64,000 nucleotides of DNA from Polyangiales bacterium (GCA_038231275.1 JBBRLQ010000018.1:130504-194503), one strand, 5' to 3'; shown: positions 45,180 to 55,230, numbered from the stretch's first letter. The notes: generated by a model not told the origin, from the sequence alone. Numbers and translations are program-made.

Positions 45180-47432
45180 GTGCGCCTCATCGATCTCGCG
45201 TTGCCGGTGCCGCTCGCGCAGGTGTTCACGTACGCGGTGCCCGACGCGCTCGTCGATCGCGCGGTGCCAGGCGTGCGCGCGGTGTGCCCGTTCGGGACGC
45301 GCAAGCTCGTTGGCATCGTGCTGGGGCCAAGGCCGGAGGGGTCCGCACCGCCGCCCAACGTGCGCCCGATCGCCGCGGTCCTCGAGGGAGGAAGCCTGCC
45401 GGAGGAGCTGCTCGGCTTCGCGCGCGATCTCGCCACGTACTACATCGCGCCGCTCGGCGAGGTCGTGCGCCTCGCGCTGCCGCCGGTCGACAAGACGACG
45501 TCGCGCGCGCTCGAGGAGCCGACGCTCTTCGACGACGCGAAGGGGATCTCGTCGCGCAAGGTCGTGTGGGTGAAGGCGTCGCCCGTCACGAGCGACGGTG
45601 AGACGAAGCTCGGCGCGCAGGCGCAGGCGATCCTTGCGCATCTCCGCGCGCTCGGGGAGGCGCCGCTCGCACGCCTCGGCGCGACGTGGAAGAACGCGCG
45701 CGCGGCGACCAAGCGCCTCGCGGAGCTGGGGCTCGTGGAGACGACCGAGCGCGACGCGCCCGACGATCCGTATTTCGCCGAGGCGATCGAGCGGGATACG
45801 CCTCCCGAGCTCACGGCTCCGCAAGTGACGGCGACGCGCGCGATCGAGGCGGCGCTCGTCGCGGGCGCGCCCAAGACGTTCCTCCTTCACGGAGTCACCG
45901 GGTCCGGCAAGACGGAGGCGTACCTTCGCGCCATCGCCGCCGCGCGCGCGTGCGGCAAGGGCGCGATCGTGCTCGTCCCCGAGATCGCGCTGACGCCCCA
46001 GCTGGTGTCGCGGTACCGCGCGCGCTTCGGCGACGACGTCGCGGTGCTCCACTCCGCGCTCACGCCGAAGGAGCGCTTCGTCATGTGGCGCCGCCTCCGC
46101 GAGGGAGCCGTCGACGTCGCGATAGGCGCCCGTAGCGCGCTGTTCGCGCCCGTCGCGAAGCTCGGGCTCGTCATCGTCGACGAGGAGCACGATCCGTCCT
46201 TCAAACAAGAGGAGGGCGTCCGCTACCACGCGCGCGACATGGCGATCTTGCGCGCGCACCGGGCGGGCGGCGTGTGCGTGCTCGGCAGCGCGACGCCGTC
46301 GCTCGAGACCGCGCACCTCGCGCGCACCGGCAAGGCCGACAAACTCGTCCTCCCCGATCGCGCGCGCGCGCAAGCGATGCCGACGGTCGAGATCGTCGAC
46401 CTTCGACGCATCGGGGCGGGCCCCACCGGCGACAAGCGAATCAGCATTCCGCTCCACCGCGCGATCGAGGAGACGCTCGCCGCCAAGGGCCAGACCATCC
46501 TCTTCTTGAACCGCCGCGGCTTCTCGCCGAGCGTCCGCTGCGAGGCGTGCGGCGAGATGGTCGCTTGCGGCAACTGCGCCGTGTCGCTGACGTTCCACAA
46601 GCGCGCCGGCGCGATCTTGCGCTGCCACTACTGCGAGCACGAAGAGCCGATGCCCGTGCACTGCAAGAAGTGCGGCGCGCCGGCGCTGGTGCTCGAGGGG
46701 CTCGGCACCGAGAAGCTCGAGGACACGCTGGCCACCGCGTTTCCGGAGGCCAAGGTGGCGCGCCTCGATCGCGACGTTGCGAGCGGGAAGGGGATCGAGA
46801 AGATCCTCGCGCGGATGCGTTCGCGCGAAATCGACATCCTCGTCGGCACGCAGATGGTCACCAAAGGGCACGATTTGCCGCACGTCACGCTCGTCGGCGT
46901 CATCAACGCGGACGCGGCGCTCTCCATCCCGGACTTTCGCGCGAGCGAACGGGCGTTCCAGCTCCTCGTGCAGGTCGCCGGTCGCGCGGGGCGCGGGGAT
47001 TCGCCGGGGCGCGTTCTCGTGCAGACCTACCAGCCCGAGCACCACGCCATCCAGCTCGCCGTGAAGCACGACGTCGACGGCTTCCTCGCGCGCGAGCTCG
47101 TCGACCGCCGCGAGCTCCTCTATCCGCCGTTCACCCGCGTGGCGCTCGTGCGCGTCGACGCGGTGGACGAGCACGTCGCGCGCGACGCGTGCCGCATGCT
47201 CGCCCAGGTCGCCGTCGACGCGACGAAGGCCGAAGGGGGCGGCGTCGACGTCCTCGGCCCCTCGCCGTCGCCGCTCGCCCGCCTCCGCAACCGCTTTCGT
47301 TACCGCGTGATGCTGCGCAGCGCCGAGCGCGGGAAGATGCGCCGCGTCCTCGCGCAGGTGGAGCGCGCGCGCTTGACCTTGCCGCGCGCGGTGCGTGGGC
47401 TCATCGACGTCGATCCGATGCAGCTGATGTGA
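45180..47432 (+). CDS. priA: Primosomal protein N'
   Basis: LHGVTGSGKTE, VPEIALTPQ, GARSALFAP, DEEHD.SFKQ, GSATPSLE, FLNRRG, four CxxC, GTQMVTKG, QVAGRAGR, DVDP. Confidence 0.97.
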   Translation: MRLIDLALPVPLAQVFTYAVPDALVDRAVPGVRAVCPFGTRKLVGIVLGPRPEGSAPPPNVRPIAAVLEGGSLPEELLGFARDLATYYIAPLGEVVRLALPPVDKTTSRALEEPTLFDDAKGISSRKVVWVKASPVTSDGETKLGAQAQAILAHLRALGEAPLARLGATWKNARAATKRLAELGLVETTERDAPDDPYFAEAIERDTPPELTAPQVTATRAIEAALVAGAPKTFLLHGVTGSGKTEAYLRAIAAARACGKGAIVLVPEIALTPQLVSRYRARFGDDVAVLHSALTPKERFVMWRRLREGAVDVAIGARSALFAPVAKLGLVIVDEEHDPSFKQEEGVRYHARDMAILRAHRAGGVCVLGSATPSLETAHLARTGKADKLVLPDRARAQAMPTVEIVDLRRIGAGPTGDKRISIPLHRAIEETLAAKGQTILFLNRRGFSPSVRCEACGEMVACGNCAVSLTFHKRAGAILRCHYCEHEEPMPVHCKKCGAPALVLEGLGTEKLEDTLATAFPEAKVARLDRDVASGKGIEKILARMRSREIDILVGTQMVTKGHDLPHVTLVGVINADAALSIPDFRASERAFQLLVQVAGRAGRGDSPGRVLVQTYQPEHHAIQLAVKHDVDGFLARELVDRRELLYPPFTRVALVRVDAVDEHVARDACRMLAQVAVDATKAEGGGVDVLGPSPSPLARLRNRFRYRVMLRSAERGKMRRVLAQVERARLTLPRAVRGLIDVDPMQLM

Positions 47433-47435
47433 GCG

Positions 47436-48458
47436 TTACTTCGCGAGCGCGGCGCGAAGGCGGTCGAGGACCAGCGCCCGTCGCGCCGCCAGATCGTCCG
47501 CGGTCGCGCCGGCGTCGAGGTCGAAGGTCCCGAGCGCCACGTCGAACCCGGAGCTCGGCGTGTCGTGACACTGGTTGCAGCGCACCGCGCCGCTCGCCTC
47601 GTGGCCGAGGAAATGCGAATTCGGGAGCGACTGCACGTCGGTGACCGCCTCGAGACCAGCCCCCAGCTCGCATCGCAACCGCGCCGCGCTCGGGAGGATC
47701 ACGCACGCGGCGGCGTCGCGCGCGTCGCCCCGGCGTATCTCGATGGATCCGACGACCGAGGTCACGAACGGATCCCCGCGATCGTCGACGGCGACGAGCT
47801 GCGAGAAGTTCGCGCGCAGCAACGGCGTCCGCACCAGGCGAACGACGCGCGTGCTCTCGTGCAAGACCTCGTGGAGCAGCGGCACGGACCCGCGGGACCG
47901 CTCGATCCAGGCCGTCCTGGGCCCCAGCCACTCGTCGAGACCGACGTCGGGCTCGTTCGACTGCGGTCTCGTCGCCGACGGAAACGCGAGGCGTCGCACG
48001 AGCGCCATCGCGCGCGCCGCAAGATCGTCCTTTTTCCCGCGCGCTTCGAGCGACAGAAAGAGCGCGGTGTTCTGCAAGGCGATGCGCTCGCTCGTCTTCA
48101 TGCGCTCGAGCGGCGCCGACGAGGCCTGCGCGAGCGCCGTGTCGAGCGGCGCCCACCACGCGCCTTCGGGTGGGCGATGCATCGCCGGGACCTCGGTCAG
48201 GCGCTCGCCCGCTTCCAAGAGCGCGTCCCATGGCGCGTGGTCCGTCGCACAAGGACGAGCCGGGGGCCCGAGCCCGGCGCAGTCGTGGACGACGAGACGC
48301 GAATCGAAGGCCGCGAGGGCACCGTCGGCCGCCACACCGCTTTCAATGGCTTCCCCTCCATCCGCTCCCCCGCGCGCGCATCCGCCGCGACAGGCGCCGA
48401 CGGTGAGGACGGCGAGCGCGAGCCCGAGCGCCCGAGCAGCGAAGCCGAGATCGCGCAT
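47436..48458 (-). CDS. Hypothetical lipoprotein with one C-terminal CxxCH motif
   Basis: Lipobox VGAC. CNQCH near the C-terminus. Confidence 0.6.
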   Translation of the reverse strand: MRDLGFAARALGLALAVLTVGACRGGCARGGADGGEAIESGVAADGALAAFDSRLVVHDCAGLGPPARPCATDHAPWDALLEAGERLTEVPAMHRPPEGAWWAPLDTALAQASSAPLERMKTSERIALQNTALFLSLEARGKKDDLAARAMALVRRLAFPSATRPQSNEPDVGLDEWLGPRTAWIERSRGSVPLLHEVLHESTRVVRLVRTPLLRANFSQLVAVDDRGDPFVTSVVGSIEIRRGDARDAAACVILPSAARLRCELGAGLEAVTDVQSLPNSHFLGHEASGAVRCNQCHDTPSSGFDVALGTFDLDAGATADDLAARRALVLDRLRAALAK

Positions 48459-48546
48459 GGGCCGGACTTCTGACACGCGCTCGTCGCGTCCGCAATCGGG
48501 ACGGGGAAGACGCGTCGTCGCGAAGCCAGCTACTCTGGGGTCGCCC

Positions 48547-49134
48547 GTGCCGTCCGTTCCCCTCACCACGCGCCTCGTGACCGAGCGGCTCGTCCTCCGG
48601 CCGCCGCGCCCGGGAGACGTGCCGGAGCTGCGCCGTCTCTTGCGCAAGAACGCGTCGCACCTCGCGGCGTGGAGCCCGAAGCCTCCGCCCGGCGAAGATC
48701 CGTCGTCGCTCACAGCGCTGTCGAAGAGCGTGCTCCTCGAGCGCCGTGGCTGGCGACGGGACACGACGTACGTATTTCTCCTGACCGCGCGCGAGAAGGG
48801 CGCGCCAATCGTCGGACGCGTCGCGCTCAGCCAAGTGTGCCGCGGTCCGATGCAGGCGGCGTACCTCGGCTACTGGATGGACCAGGAGCGCCAGGGAGGA
48901 GGCCTGATGACCGAAGCGGTGCGCGTGGTCCTGGGGTTTGCGTTCGGCCCCGCGCGCCTCCACCGCGTCCAGATCAATGTGATGCCGCGCAACGCCGCGA
49001 GCCACCGGGTAGTGGCCAAGATCGGCGCCCGCAACGAGGGGATGTCGCTTCGGTACCTCGAGATCGCCGGCGTCTGGGAGGATCACGTGATGTACGCGGT
49101 GACGGCGGAGGAGTGGCCGCCAAGCGCGAAATAG
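48547..49134 (+). CDS. RimJ/RimL-family GNAT N-acetyltransferase
   Basis: TERLVLRP, RGPMQAAYLGYW, GGGLMTEAV, LHRV, N.AS..V..K.G, YLEIAG.WEDH. Start inferred. Confidence 0.9.
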   Translation: MPSVPLTTRLVTERLVLRPPRPGDVPELRRLLRKNASHLAAWSPKPPPGEDPSSLTALSKSVLLERRGWRRDTTYVFLLTAREKGAPIVGRVALSQVCRGPMQAAYLGYWMDQERQGGGLMTEAVRVVLGFAFGPARLHRVQINVMPRNAASHRVVAKIGARNEGMSLRYLEIAGVWEDHVMYAVTAEEWPPSAK

Positions 49135-49180
49135 GTGCAGTTTGCACGCAACTGCGCGGGCCTCGTGCCGATGGGGAGGC

Positions 49181-49852
49181 ATGCGCATCTCCACCTGGAT
49201 ACGGTTCCTCATCGAGCTGGCGATTTCGATCGTCGCGCCACCGCGCTGCGGAGCGTGTGGGGAGGCGGTCTCGCTGAGGCACGCCTTCTGCGCGTCGTGC
49301 GCGCGCACGGTCGTGGCGCGTCCGGTCGCGGCGTGTCCGGCGGGAGGGGACGGGCGAAGCTTCGCGGCGCCGTTCATCTATGGCGGCGCCGTCGCGCGCG
49401 CGATCGTCCGGTTCAAATACGATCCGCGCCCCGATCTCGCGGCGCCGCTCGGCGAGCTCATGCGCCGCGGCGTCGCGCACCTCGCGGGGTATGCGCCGGA
49501 CGTCGTGGTGCCCGTTCCGCTCCACCCGTCGCGCTTGACCGAGCGCGGCTTCAACCAGGCCGCGCTCCTTGCGAAGCCCATCGCGAGGGAGCTCCGCGCG
49601 CGTCTCCTCGCGCGCGCGCTGGTGCGGACGCGCGACACGCCCAAGCAGGCAAGCCTCGGCCGCAGCCAGCGCCTCCACAACGTCCGCAGCGCCTTCGTCG
49701 CGCGCGACGCGATCGACGTGAAGGGCAAGCGCATCCTCCTCGTCGACGACGTGCGGACCACCGGCGCGACGCTCCTCGCCTGCGAGGAAGCGCTCCGCCG
49801 CGCAGGCGCGCTCGAGGTGAGGAGCCTCGTCCTCGCCGCCGCGGAGACGTGA
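49181..49852 (+). CDS. comF: ComF-family protein (double zinc ribbon + PRTase)
   Basis: P.CGACG...FCASC, VPVPLH..RL.ERGFNQA, ILLVDDVRTTGATL. Confidence 0.92.
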   Translation: MRISTWIRFLIELAISIVAPPRCGACGEAVSLRHAFCASCARTVVARPVAACPAGGDGRSFAAPFIYGGAVARAIVRFKYDPRPDLAAPLGELMRRGVAHLAGYAPDVVVPVPLHPSRLTERGFNQAALLAKPIARELRARLLARALVRTRDTPKQASLGRSQRLHNVRSAFVARDAIDVKGKRILLVDDVRTTGATLLACEEALRRAGALEVRSLVLAAAET

Positions 49853-49859
49853 CGCGACG

Positions 49860-50786
49860 TTACCCTTCGCCCCTCAGGAACGGCAGCACCGCGTCGACGA
49901 GCGCGTCCGGCGTGTCGACGTGTGCGAAGTGGCTCGTGTCGTCGAGCCAAACGAGCTCGGCGGCCGGGACGAGCTTGGCGAGGCGGCGCCCGTTCTCGGG
50001 GCGAACGAGCGGATCGGTCTTCGCGTACACGAGACGCAGCGGCACCGGGAATTTCTTCTCGGACAGGTCCTCGACGAAGCGCGCGAAGCCATGCGGCGCG
50101 AGCGCGCCCTGGAGGTAGCCGATGAACGAGCCCGCGCCCTCTTCTGTCGCGAGCGGGTCGCCGTACGCGTGCGCCTCTTCCAGCGACTTCAGCGTCTCGT
50201 CGTTGTAGTGGACGTTCTTGTGCGCCCAGCGCAAGGGATCCTTCCGGATCGTCCGCGACAGCAAGGCCTGTACGCCGGGCACGGCCAGCGCCGCGTGGAG
50301 CACGAAGTACCGCGCCTCCGGGAACGCCGGCGAGTGCACGTCGACCAGGCGCGAGACGGCGCTCGGATCGTCGAGCGCGGCGCGCATCATGACGTACCCG
50401 CCGAGCGAGTTGCCGATCGCCGCGCACCCGCGGATCCCCGCCGCGTCGACGAATTCCGAGACCCACGCCGCGAGCGACGCCACGTCGTACGACGCGCGCG
50501 CGTTCATGGTGCTCTTGCCGCACCCCGGCATGTCCGGCGCGAACACGCGGAACTTCTCGCCCAGGCGTTTGACGACGTAGCGCCAGGAGTAGCTCGTCGT
50601 CATCAGCCCGTGGAGGAGGAGGAGCGGTGGCCCCTCGCCGTACTCGCGCGCGTGAATGGTTATTTTGCCGAACGGTCGCGAGTTCATTTCGATCTCGCGC
50701 GGCGTCGTCGCCTCGAAGTCGTGCGGCTTGCGCGGCTCCTTCGGAACGTCCTCGAAGCGCTGCTGCTCGAACGGTCGTCGGCTCAT
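49860..50786 (-). CDS. Alpha/beta-fold hydrolase
   Basis: LLLHG, APDMPGCGKS, GNSLGG nucleophile, D...SHF.H. Confidence 0.9.
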   Translation of the reverse strand: MSRRPFEQQRFEDVPKEPRKPHDFEATTPREIEMNSRPFGKITIHAREYGEGPPLLLLHGLMTTSYSWRYVVKRLGEKFRVFAPDMPGCGKSTMNARASYDVASLAAWVSEFVDAAGIRGCAAIGNSLGGYVMMRAALDDPSAVSRLVDVHSPAFPEARYFVLHAALAVPGVQALLSRTIRKDPLRWAHKNVHYNDETLKSLEEAHAYGDPLATEEGAGSFIGYLQGALAPHGFARFVEDLSEKKFPVPLRLVYAKTDPLVRPENGRRLAKLVPAAELVWLDDTSHFAHVDTPDALVDAVLPFLRGEG

Positions 50787-50790
50787 CGCG

Positions 50791-51558
50791 TCACGCCTTT
50801 TCTGCGGCGGGAGGGCCGTCCGACTCGACGAGCCCATCCCGGATCATGAGGACGCGATCCGCGCGCGCGGCGATGCGCGCGTCGTGCGTGACGAGGATGA
50901 CCGTGCGCCGCGCGCTCGTCGCGCCGAGGAGCAGCTCGAGGACGCCCTCGCCGGTCTTCGTGTCGAGGTTGCCCGTCGGCTCGTCGGCCAGCAGCAGCGG
51001 CGGATCGCTCACGAGCGCGCGCGCGATGGCGACGCGCTGCATCTCGCCGCCCGAGAGCTGATCGGGCTTGTGCCCGCGCCGCTTGGTGAGGCCGACCTTC
51101 TCGAGCTGCTCCTCCGCGCGCGCGCGCACCGCCGCGCCGTCCTGCCCGGCGAGGAGCGACGGGAGCATCACGTTCTCGATGGCGGTGAGCGTCGGCAGCA
51201 GGTTGAAGAACTGGAAGACGAAGCCGAGCCGATCCCGGCGGAGGCGGGTGATCGCGTCGTCGTCGAGCGTCGCGAGATCCTCGCCGTGGATGCGAACCGT
51301 CCCACTCGTCGCGCGATCGAGCGCGCCGGCGAGGTTCAAGAGGGTGCTCTTTCCCGATCCGCTCGGCCCCACGATCGCGACCAGCTCACCTGCACGGATC
51401 GTCACGGTCACGCCCCGAAGCGCCTCCACGGCCGCCGCCTCGGACCCGGTGCCAGGGCCGTCCAGCGCCCCCTTGTAGCGCTTTCGCACGTCGATCATCT
51501 CGACGACGGCGCTGGTCGGGGGAGTTGCCGGGGGCGGGGGTGGGGATTGCGACGACAC
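50791..51558 (-). CDS. ABC transporter ATP-binding protein (LolD/MacB type)
   Basis: GPSGSGKST, GFVFQFFNLLPTL, LSGGEMQRVAIARAL, LLADEPTGNLD, VTHD. Confidence 0.93.
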   Translation of the reverse strand: MSSQSPPPPPATPPTSAVVEMIDVRKRYKGALDGPGTGSEAAAVEALRGVTVTIRAGELVAIVGPSGSGKSTLLNLAGALDRATSGTVRIHGEDLATLDDDAITRLRRDRLGFVFQFFNLLPTLTAIENVMLPSLLAGQDGAAVRARAEEQLEKVGLTKRRGHKPDQLSGGEMQRVAIARALVSDPPLLLADEPTGNLDTKTGEGVLELLLGATSARRTVILVTHDARIAARADRVLMIRDGLVESDGPPAAEKA

Positions 51559-51566
51559 GGAACGCA

Positions 51567-51600
51567 ACAATAGGCCGTTGTTGGCGTGGGGCGCTATCAT
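51567..51600. promoter_or_regulatory. Back-to-back -10-like hexamers for two divergent genes
   Basis: Minus-strand TATTGT (51567-51572) lies 8 nt before the GTG at 51558. Plus-strand TATCAT (51595-51600) lies 8 nt before the GTG at 51609. Confidence 0.55.
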
Positions 51601-51608
51601 AGCCACAC

Positions 51609-54218
51609 GTGAGCAGCGACCTCGAATGGCGTTGGACGGATCCGTCGGGCCAGCAGCGCCTCGTCCGAGAGGACGAGCTGCGGGCGGCGCTCGCGTCCGG
51701 GTTGATTCCGCCGAACGCGCCGGTGTGGAAAGACGGCTGGAAAGACTGGCAGCCGGCGTACGCGGTGCCCGAGCTGACGACGAGCGCGCTCGCGGCGGCG
51801 AACGGCGTCGTCCCGAACATTCCGCCTCCTCCGCTCGGCGTCCTCGGCGCGCAGCGTGACATGGAGAAGGAGGGCGCCGCGCTCGATCTGGGCGCCAAGA
51901 AGTCCGAGACCCGTGCGGAGCCGCCGCCGCCGCCCCGCTACGTCCCCGCGCCGACACGCGTCTCGCAAGTCCCCGCCGCGCCGGGCTCGGGTCGCCAGAT
52001 TCCTTCCGCGTCCGGGTCGGGCAAACAGCTCACGGGTGCTCCGAAAGCCGCGCCGTCCTCGCCGTCCCCCGACGCGACCCTGCAGGCCCCCGCGTCGGAT
52101 CCCAAGTCGGTCGCCGACGAGTCGAACACGGGCGTGAAGCTTCCAGCCCTGACCGACGCGACGGCCTCGCAGCTGCTCGCCGAGCCCGTTGCGCCGTCGA
52201 AGGACGACGCGAAGAAGGCGCTTCCGACCACCGTAGGCGTGCCGGCGCTCCCGGAGAGCGTCCTCGCCGGCGCCGCGGCAGCTGCGCTGGGAGCTACGGC
52301 GGCGACCGGAATCGCGCCGACTGTGACGACGACGACGACCGCGTCCGCTCCGCCCGCGCGCCAGCCGACGCTTCCGCCGCCGCTGCCGCCGAAGGCGAGC
52401 AAGCCTCCTCCGCCTCCGGCGGCCAAGAAGAGCAAAACGCTCATCATGTATGGCGGCGCGCCGCTGCCGACGCCTGCACCCTCGTCGGAGAAGCAAGGCC
52501 CGCCGATCAACGTTCCCGCGCCTTCGGGGGGTGAGTCGCCGCAGGCCATCACGCGTCCGCCTCCCGCCGACGGCGCCGCGCAGGTGACCAGCGGTGCCCC
52601 GCCGAAGAAGCCCGGGACGACGCCGCCTCCGCGCGAGCGGATTCCGATGGAGGAGCTGAGCCAGTCGATCCTCGTCGACGATCGCGACGCCGAGGTCGAC
52701 ACCGACTCGATCATCCTGTCCGACAGCGTTCGTCAGGTGAGCTCGTCGCTGCCGCCCAAGCCGGGCGTTGTGCGCTCGGGCACGTTGCTGGGCTTCCCGG
52801 TCCCCACGCTCCCGCCCGTCTCCGACGCGCTGCCTCCGCCTCCCGTGCCCGACGAAATCGAGCCGCCTTCCGACGCCATTCGAGAGAAGCGCTCACGGGA
52901 AGCGCCGACCGCGCCGCCGCCCCCGGCGTCGAGCCGAATCGTCCACGATCTGCGCGTGCTCCTCCAAAAGCCGCGGCCGAAATATTTCTGGCCGGCGGTC
53001 GGCGCTGGCAGCGCGGTGGTCGTCGTCGGCCTGCTCGGCCTCGCGATCGCCGCCGCGCGCGGCACGCCAAAAGAAGACGATCCGACGAAGATCACCACCT
53101 TCTCGAGCGGAACACCGAAGGGCACCGACCCGTCGCCGCCCGTTGATACGGCGAGCGCGACGCCGAACCCTTCCACGTCGCCGCCGCCGCCCCCTGTCGC
53201 CGCGGTCGCCGCGGGTCCCGGGTGCACGCTCGCCGGCACGTCGCACACCATCGCCCCGCGCGCGCTCGTCCCTACGGGCGTCGAGGTGCAGCCGAGCGGC
53301 GCTGGCATCGGCCTCGGCTTCGCGACGACGCCGAAGGACGCGATGACCGTGGAGGTCGAGCCGACGTCGCTCACCGTGGGCGCCAGCGCACGCATCCACT
53401 CCGCCGATCTCCTGAGGCGCGTCGTCTCGGAGAGCGCAGGCGGCAAGCTCGGCGTCGTGGGCGAGGGCGATCGCCGCGGCGATCGCATCCTCGGGAGGCA
53501 CGTGGTCCCCGGGCCGTGGCCGGTCGACGTGGGCGTGGCCGACGGCGGGATCGTTTGGGCGCCACACAACAAGGACACCGTGTCGAAGCTATGGCCGATC
53601 GATCCGGACGCACCGGTCGAGGCGCTCCGCGGCGTACCCATCGAGGCCAAAGGGGAGAAGGGCTTCGCGATCGCGTTCCGCAAGTCGGGGGCGATCTGGA
53701 TGGGCGCCGCGCTCGGCGATCGCACGCTCACCGCGCGCGGGCCGCTCTTTCGGATCATGGGCCTCGGCCCGATCGTCGGCTCGCCGACGATCGCGTCGAG
53801 CGGCGACTCGATCCTCATCGCGTGGGCCGATCGCGCGTCGGCGGCCGATCCGTGGGGGCTCCGCTGGGTGAAGTTCACGCCGGGCGAGGCGCCGCACGAG
53901 GCGGTGGAGTTCCATCCTCCGGCCGGTGGCCTCGGCGAGCACGCGATGTCGCCGTCGCTCGCGTCGGTCGGCGGCGGGCGGTACCTCTTCACGTGGAGCG
54001 AGGGCCCGGTGAGCGCCCATCAGGTCCGCGCGCAGACGTTGACACTCGAGGGCGCGCCGATCGGCGACGCATTCGTCGTCAGCGCGGACGGCGTGAACGC
54101 AGGGCAAGCGCAAGCGGCGGTCCTCGCCGACGGGCGCGGCGTCGTCGCGTTCCTCGCCGCCAAGGCCAAAGCGTACGAGATCGTGGCAACGCCAGTGGTG
54201 TGTGCGCCCGCAAAGTGA
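51609..54218 (+). CDS. GYF_2 (DUF4339)-domain, Pro-rich, single-TM protein with extracellular beta-rich domain
   Basis: W.W.D..G.Q......EL...L..G.I.....VWKDGW.DW.PA..VPEL, long Pro-rich linker, TM segment, C-terminal beta domain bounded by two Cys. Confidence 0.75.
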   Translation: MSSDLEWRWTDPSGQQRLVREDELRAALASGLIPPNAPVWKDGWKDWQPAYAVPELTTSALAAANGVVPNIPPPPLGVLGAQRDMEKEGAALDLGAKKSETRAEPPPPPRYVPAPTRVSQVPAAPGSGRQIPSASGSGKQLTGAPKAAPSSPSPDATLQAPASDPKSVADESNTGVKLPALTDATASQLLAEPVAPSKDDAKKALPTTVGVPALPESVLAGAAAAALGATAATGIAPTVTTTTTASAPPARQPTLPPPLPPKASKPPPPPAAKKSKTLIMYGGAPLPTPAPSSEKQGPPINVPAPSGGESPQAITRPPPADGAAQVTSGAPPKKPGTTPPPRERIPMEELSQSILVDDRDAEVDTDSIILSDSVRQVSSSLPPKPGVVRSGTLLGFPVPTLPPVSDALPPPPVPDEIEPPSDAIREKRSREAPTAPPPPASSRIVHDLRVLLQKPRPKYFWPAVGAGSAVVVVGLLGLAIAAARGTPKEDDPTKITTFSSGTPKGTDPSPPVDTASATPNPSTSPPPPPVAAVAAGPGCTLAGTSHTIAPRALVPTGVEVQPSGAGIGLGFATTPKDAMTVEVEPTSLTVGASARIHSADLLRRVVSESAGGKLGVVGEGDRRGDRILGRHVVPGPWPVDVGVADGGIVWAPHNKDTVSKLWPIDPDAPVEALRGVPIEAKGEKGFAIAFRKSGAIWMGAALGDRTLTARGPLFRIMGLGPIVGSPTIASSGDSILIAWADRASAADPWGLRWVKFTPGEAPHEAVEFHPPAGGLGEHAMSPSLASVGGGRYLFTWSEGPVSAHQVRAQTLTLEGAPIGDAFVVSADGVNAGQAQAAVLADGRGVVAFLAAKAKAYEIVATPVVCAPAK

Positions 54219-54228
54219 GGAGAGTCCC

Positions 54229-55230
54229 GTGTCCGTCCCGCGATCGAGCTTGGCAGGATTGAGAAGCGTCTTCGTCGCGGCCGTACTGGCGTCGCTGGCC
54301 GCGGGCGGCGTCGGGTGCGACCTCATCCCGCAAGGGAAGGTCGCGCAAGGGCAGCTCTACATGAGCGGCGAGGGGCGCTACGACGCGTATTTCCGCGACG
54401 TGCACGCCATCCAGGTGTGGGCAGCGCAGTGGATCGACGATCGCAAGGCCACGCGCAAGCCGCTCGTCAACATCCTCGATCTCACGCCCGACGCCGCCGA
54501 CGTCACGATCATCCAGGCAACACACGAGAAGGTGGCGGGTCTGACGCGCGAAGCCGGCACGACGAAGCTCGAGGCGACAGTGGACGAGGCGCACGTCGTC
54601 GCGAGCGGCGGCGCGAAGACCGACACCGCGGTCTTCCGCGCGATCGAGGACACCGCGGGCGGAGAGCTCGGACGCGCGAAGAAGCTCAACGCCATGATGC
54701 CGAAGATGGACGAGCTCGCCAAGCTCGGGCAGTCGCTCGAGCCGCACGTTCAGGAGGCGTACCAGCGCCAGGGGCCGGGGAAGGCCACCGAGGTGAGGCA
54801 AGAGCTGAACGCGTCGCTCACGGTCCTCGGCAACGTCACGACCAAGGCGCGTCGATCGATCCGCGAGTGCGACGACTTCGTCGCCGATCTCCAACGCGCG
54901 GTCGCGACCGGCGAGGGCGCCCATCACGAGCGCAAGGACAAGGACGACAAGGCCGACAAGCCGGACAAGGTCGACAAGCCGGACAAGGCCGACAAGCCCG
55001 AGACGAAGCCGGAGCCCAAGCCCAAGCCGCCGAAGCACGACGTCGCGGCGCCGCCGAAGCCCGCGCCGGCCGCGAAGAAAGACGACGCGCCGCCCCCGCC
55101 GAAGCCCACGCCGGCCGCGAAGAAGGACGACGCGACGCCTCCGCCGAAGCCGGTCGCGAAGAAAGACGACGCGCCGCCGCCTCCGCCGAAGCCCAAGCCG
55201 AAGCCCGAGGGCGAGGTCTTCAACCCGTAG
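54229..55230 (+). CDS. Hypothetical lipoprotein, helical core with Lys/Pro/Asp repeat tail
   Basis: GAGGAG SD, lipobox GVGC, DKP and AKKDDAPPPPKP repeats. Confidence 0.7.
   Translation: MSVPRSSLAGLRSVFVAAVLASLAAGGVGCDLIPQGKVAQGQLYMSGEGRYDAYFRDVHAIQVWAAQWIDDRKATRKPLVNILDLTPDAADVTIIQATHEKVAGLTREAGTTKLEATVDEAHVVASGGAKTDTAVFRAIEDTAGGELGRAKKLNAMMPKMDELAKLGQSLEPHVQEAYQRQGPGKATEVRQELNASLTVLGNVTTKARRSIRECDDFVADLQRAVATGEGAHHERKDKDDKADKPDKVDKPDKADKPETKPEPKPKPPKHDVAAPPKPAPAAKKDDAPPPPKPTPAAKKDDATPPPKPVAKKDDAPPPPPKPKPKPEGEVFNP

Noticed and set aside
41936..45436. 1166-aa ORF as a single gene
   Set aside because: Only the last ~240 codons (from 42655) look like a real protein; the rest is antisense to the lipoprotein and kinase genes.
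7400..49852. Dedicated competence or DNA-repair island (ComEC-like, mfd, RdgC-like, priA, comF)
   Set aside because: The genes are dispersed over 40 kb among unrelated functions, consistent with ordinary core chromosome.
54930..55210. Direct repeats at the 3' end of the lipoprotein gene
   Set aside because: Degenerate coding repeats (DKP, AKKDDAPPPPKP), not a mobile or regulatory array.
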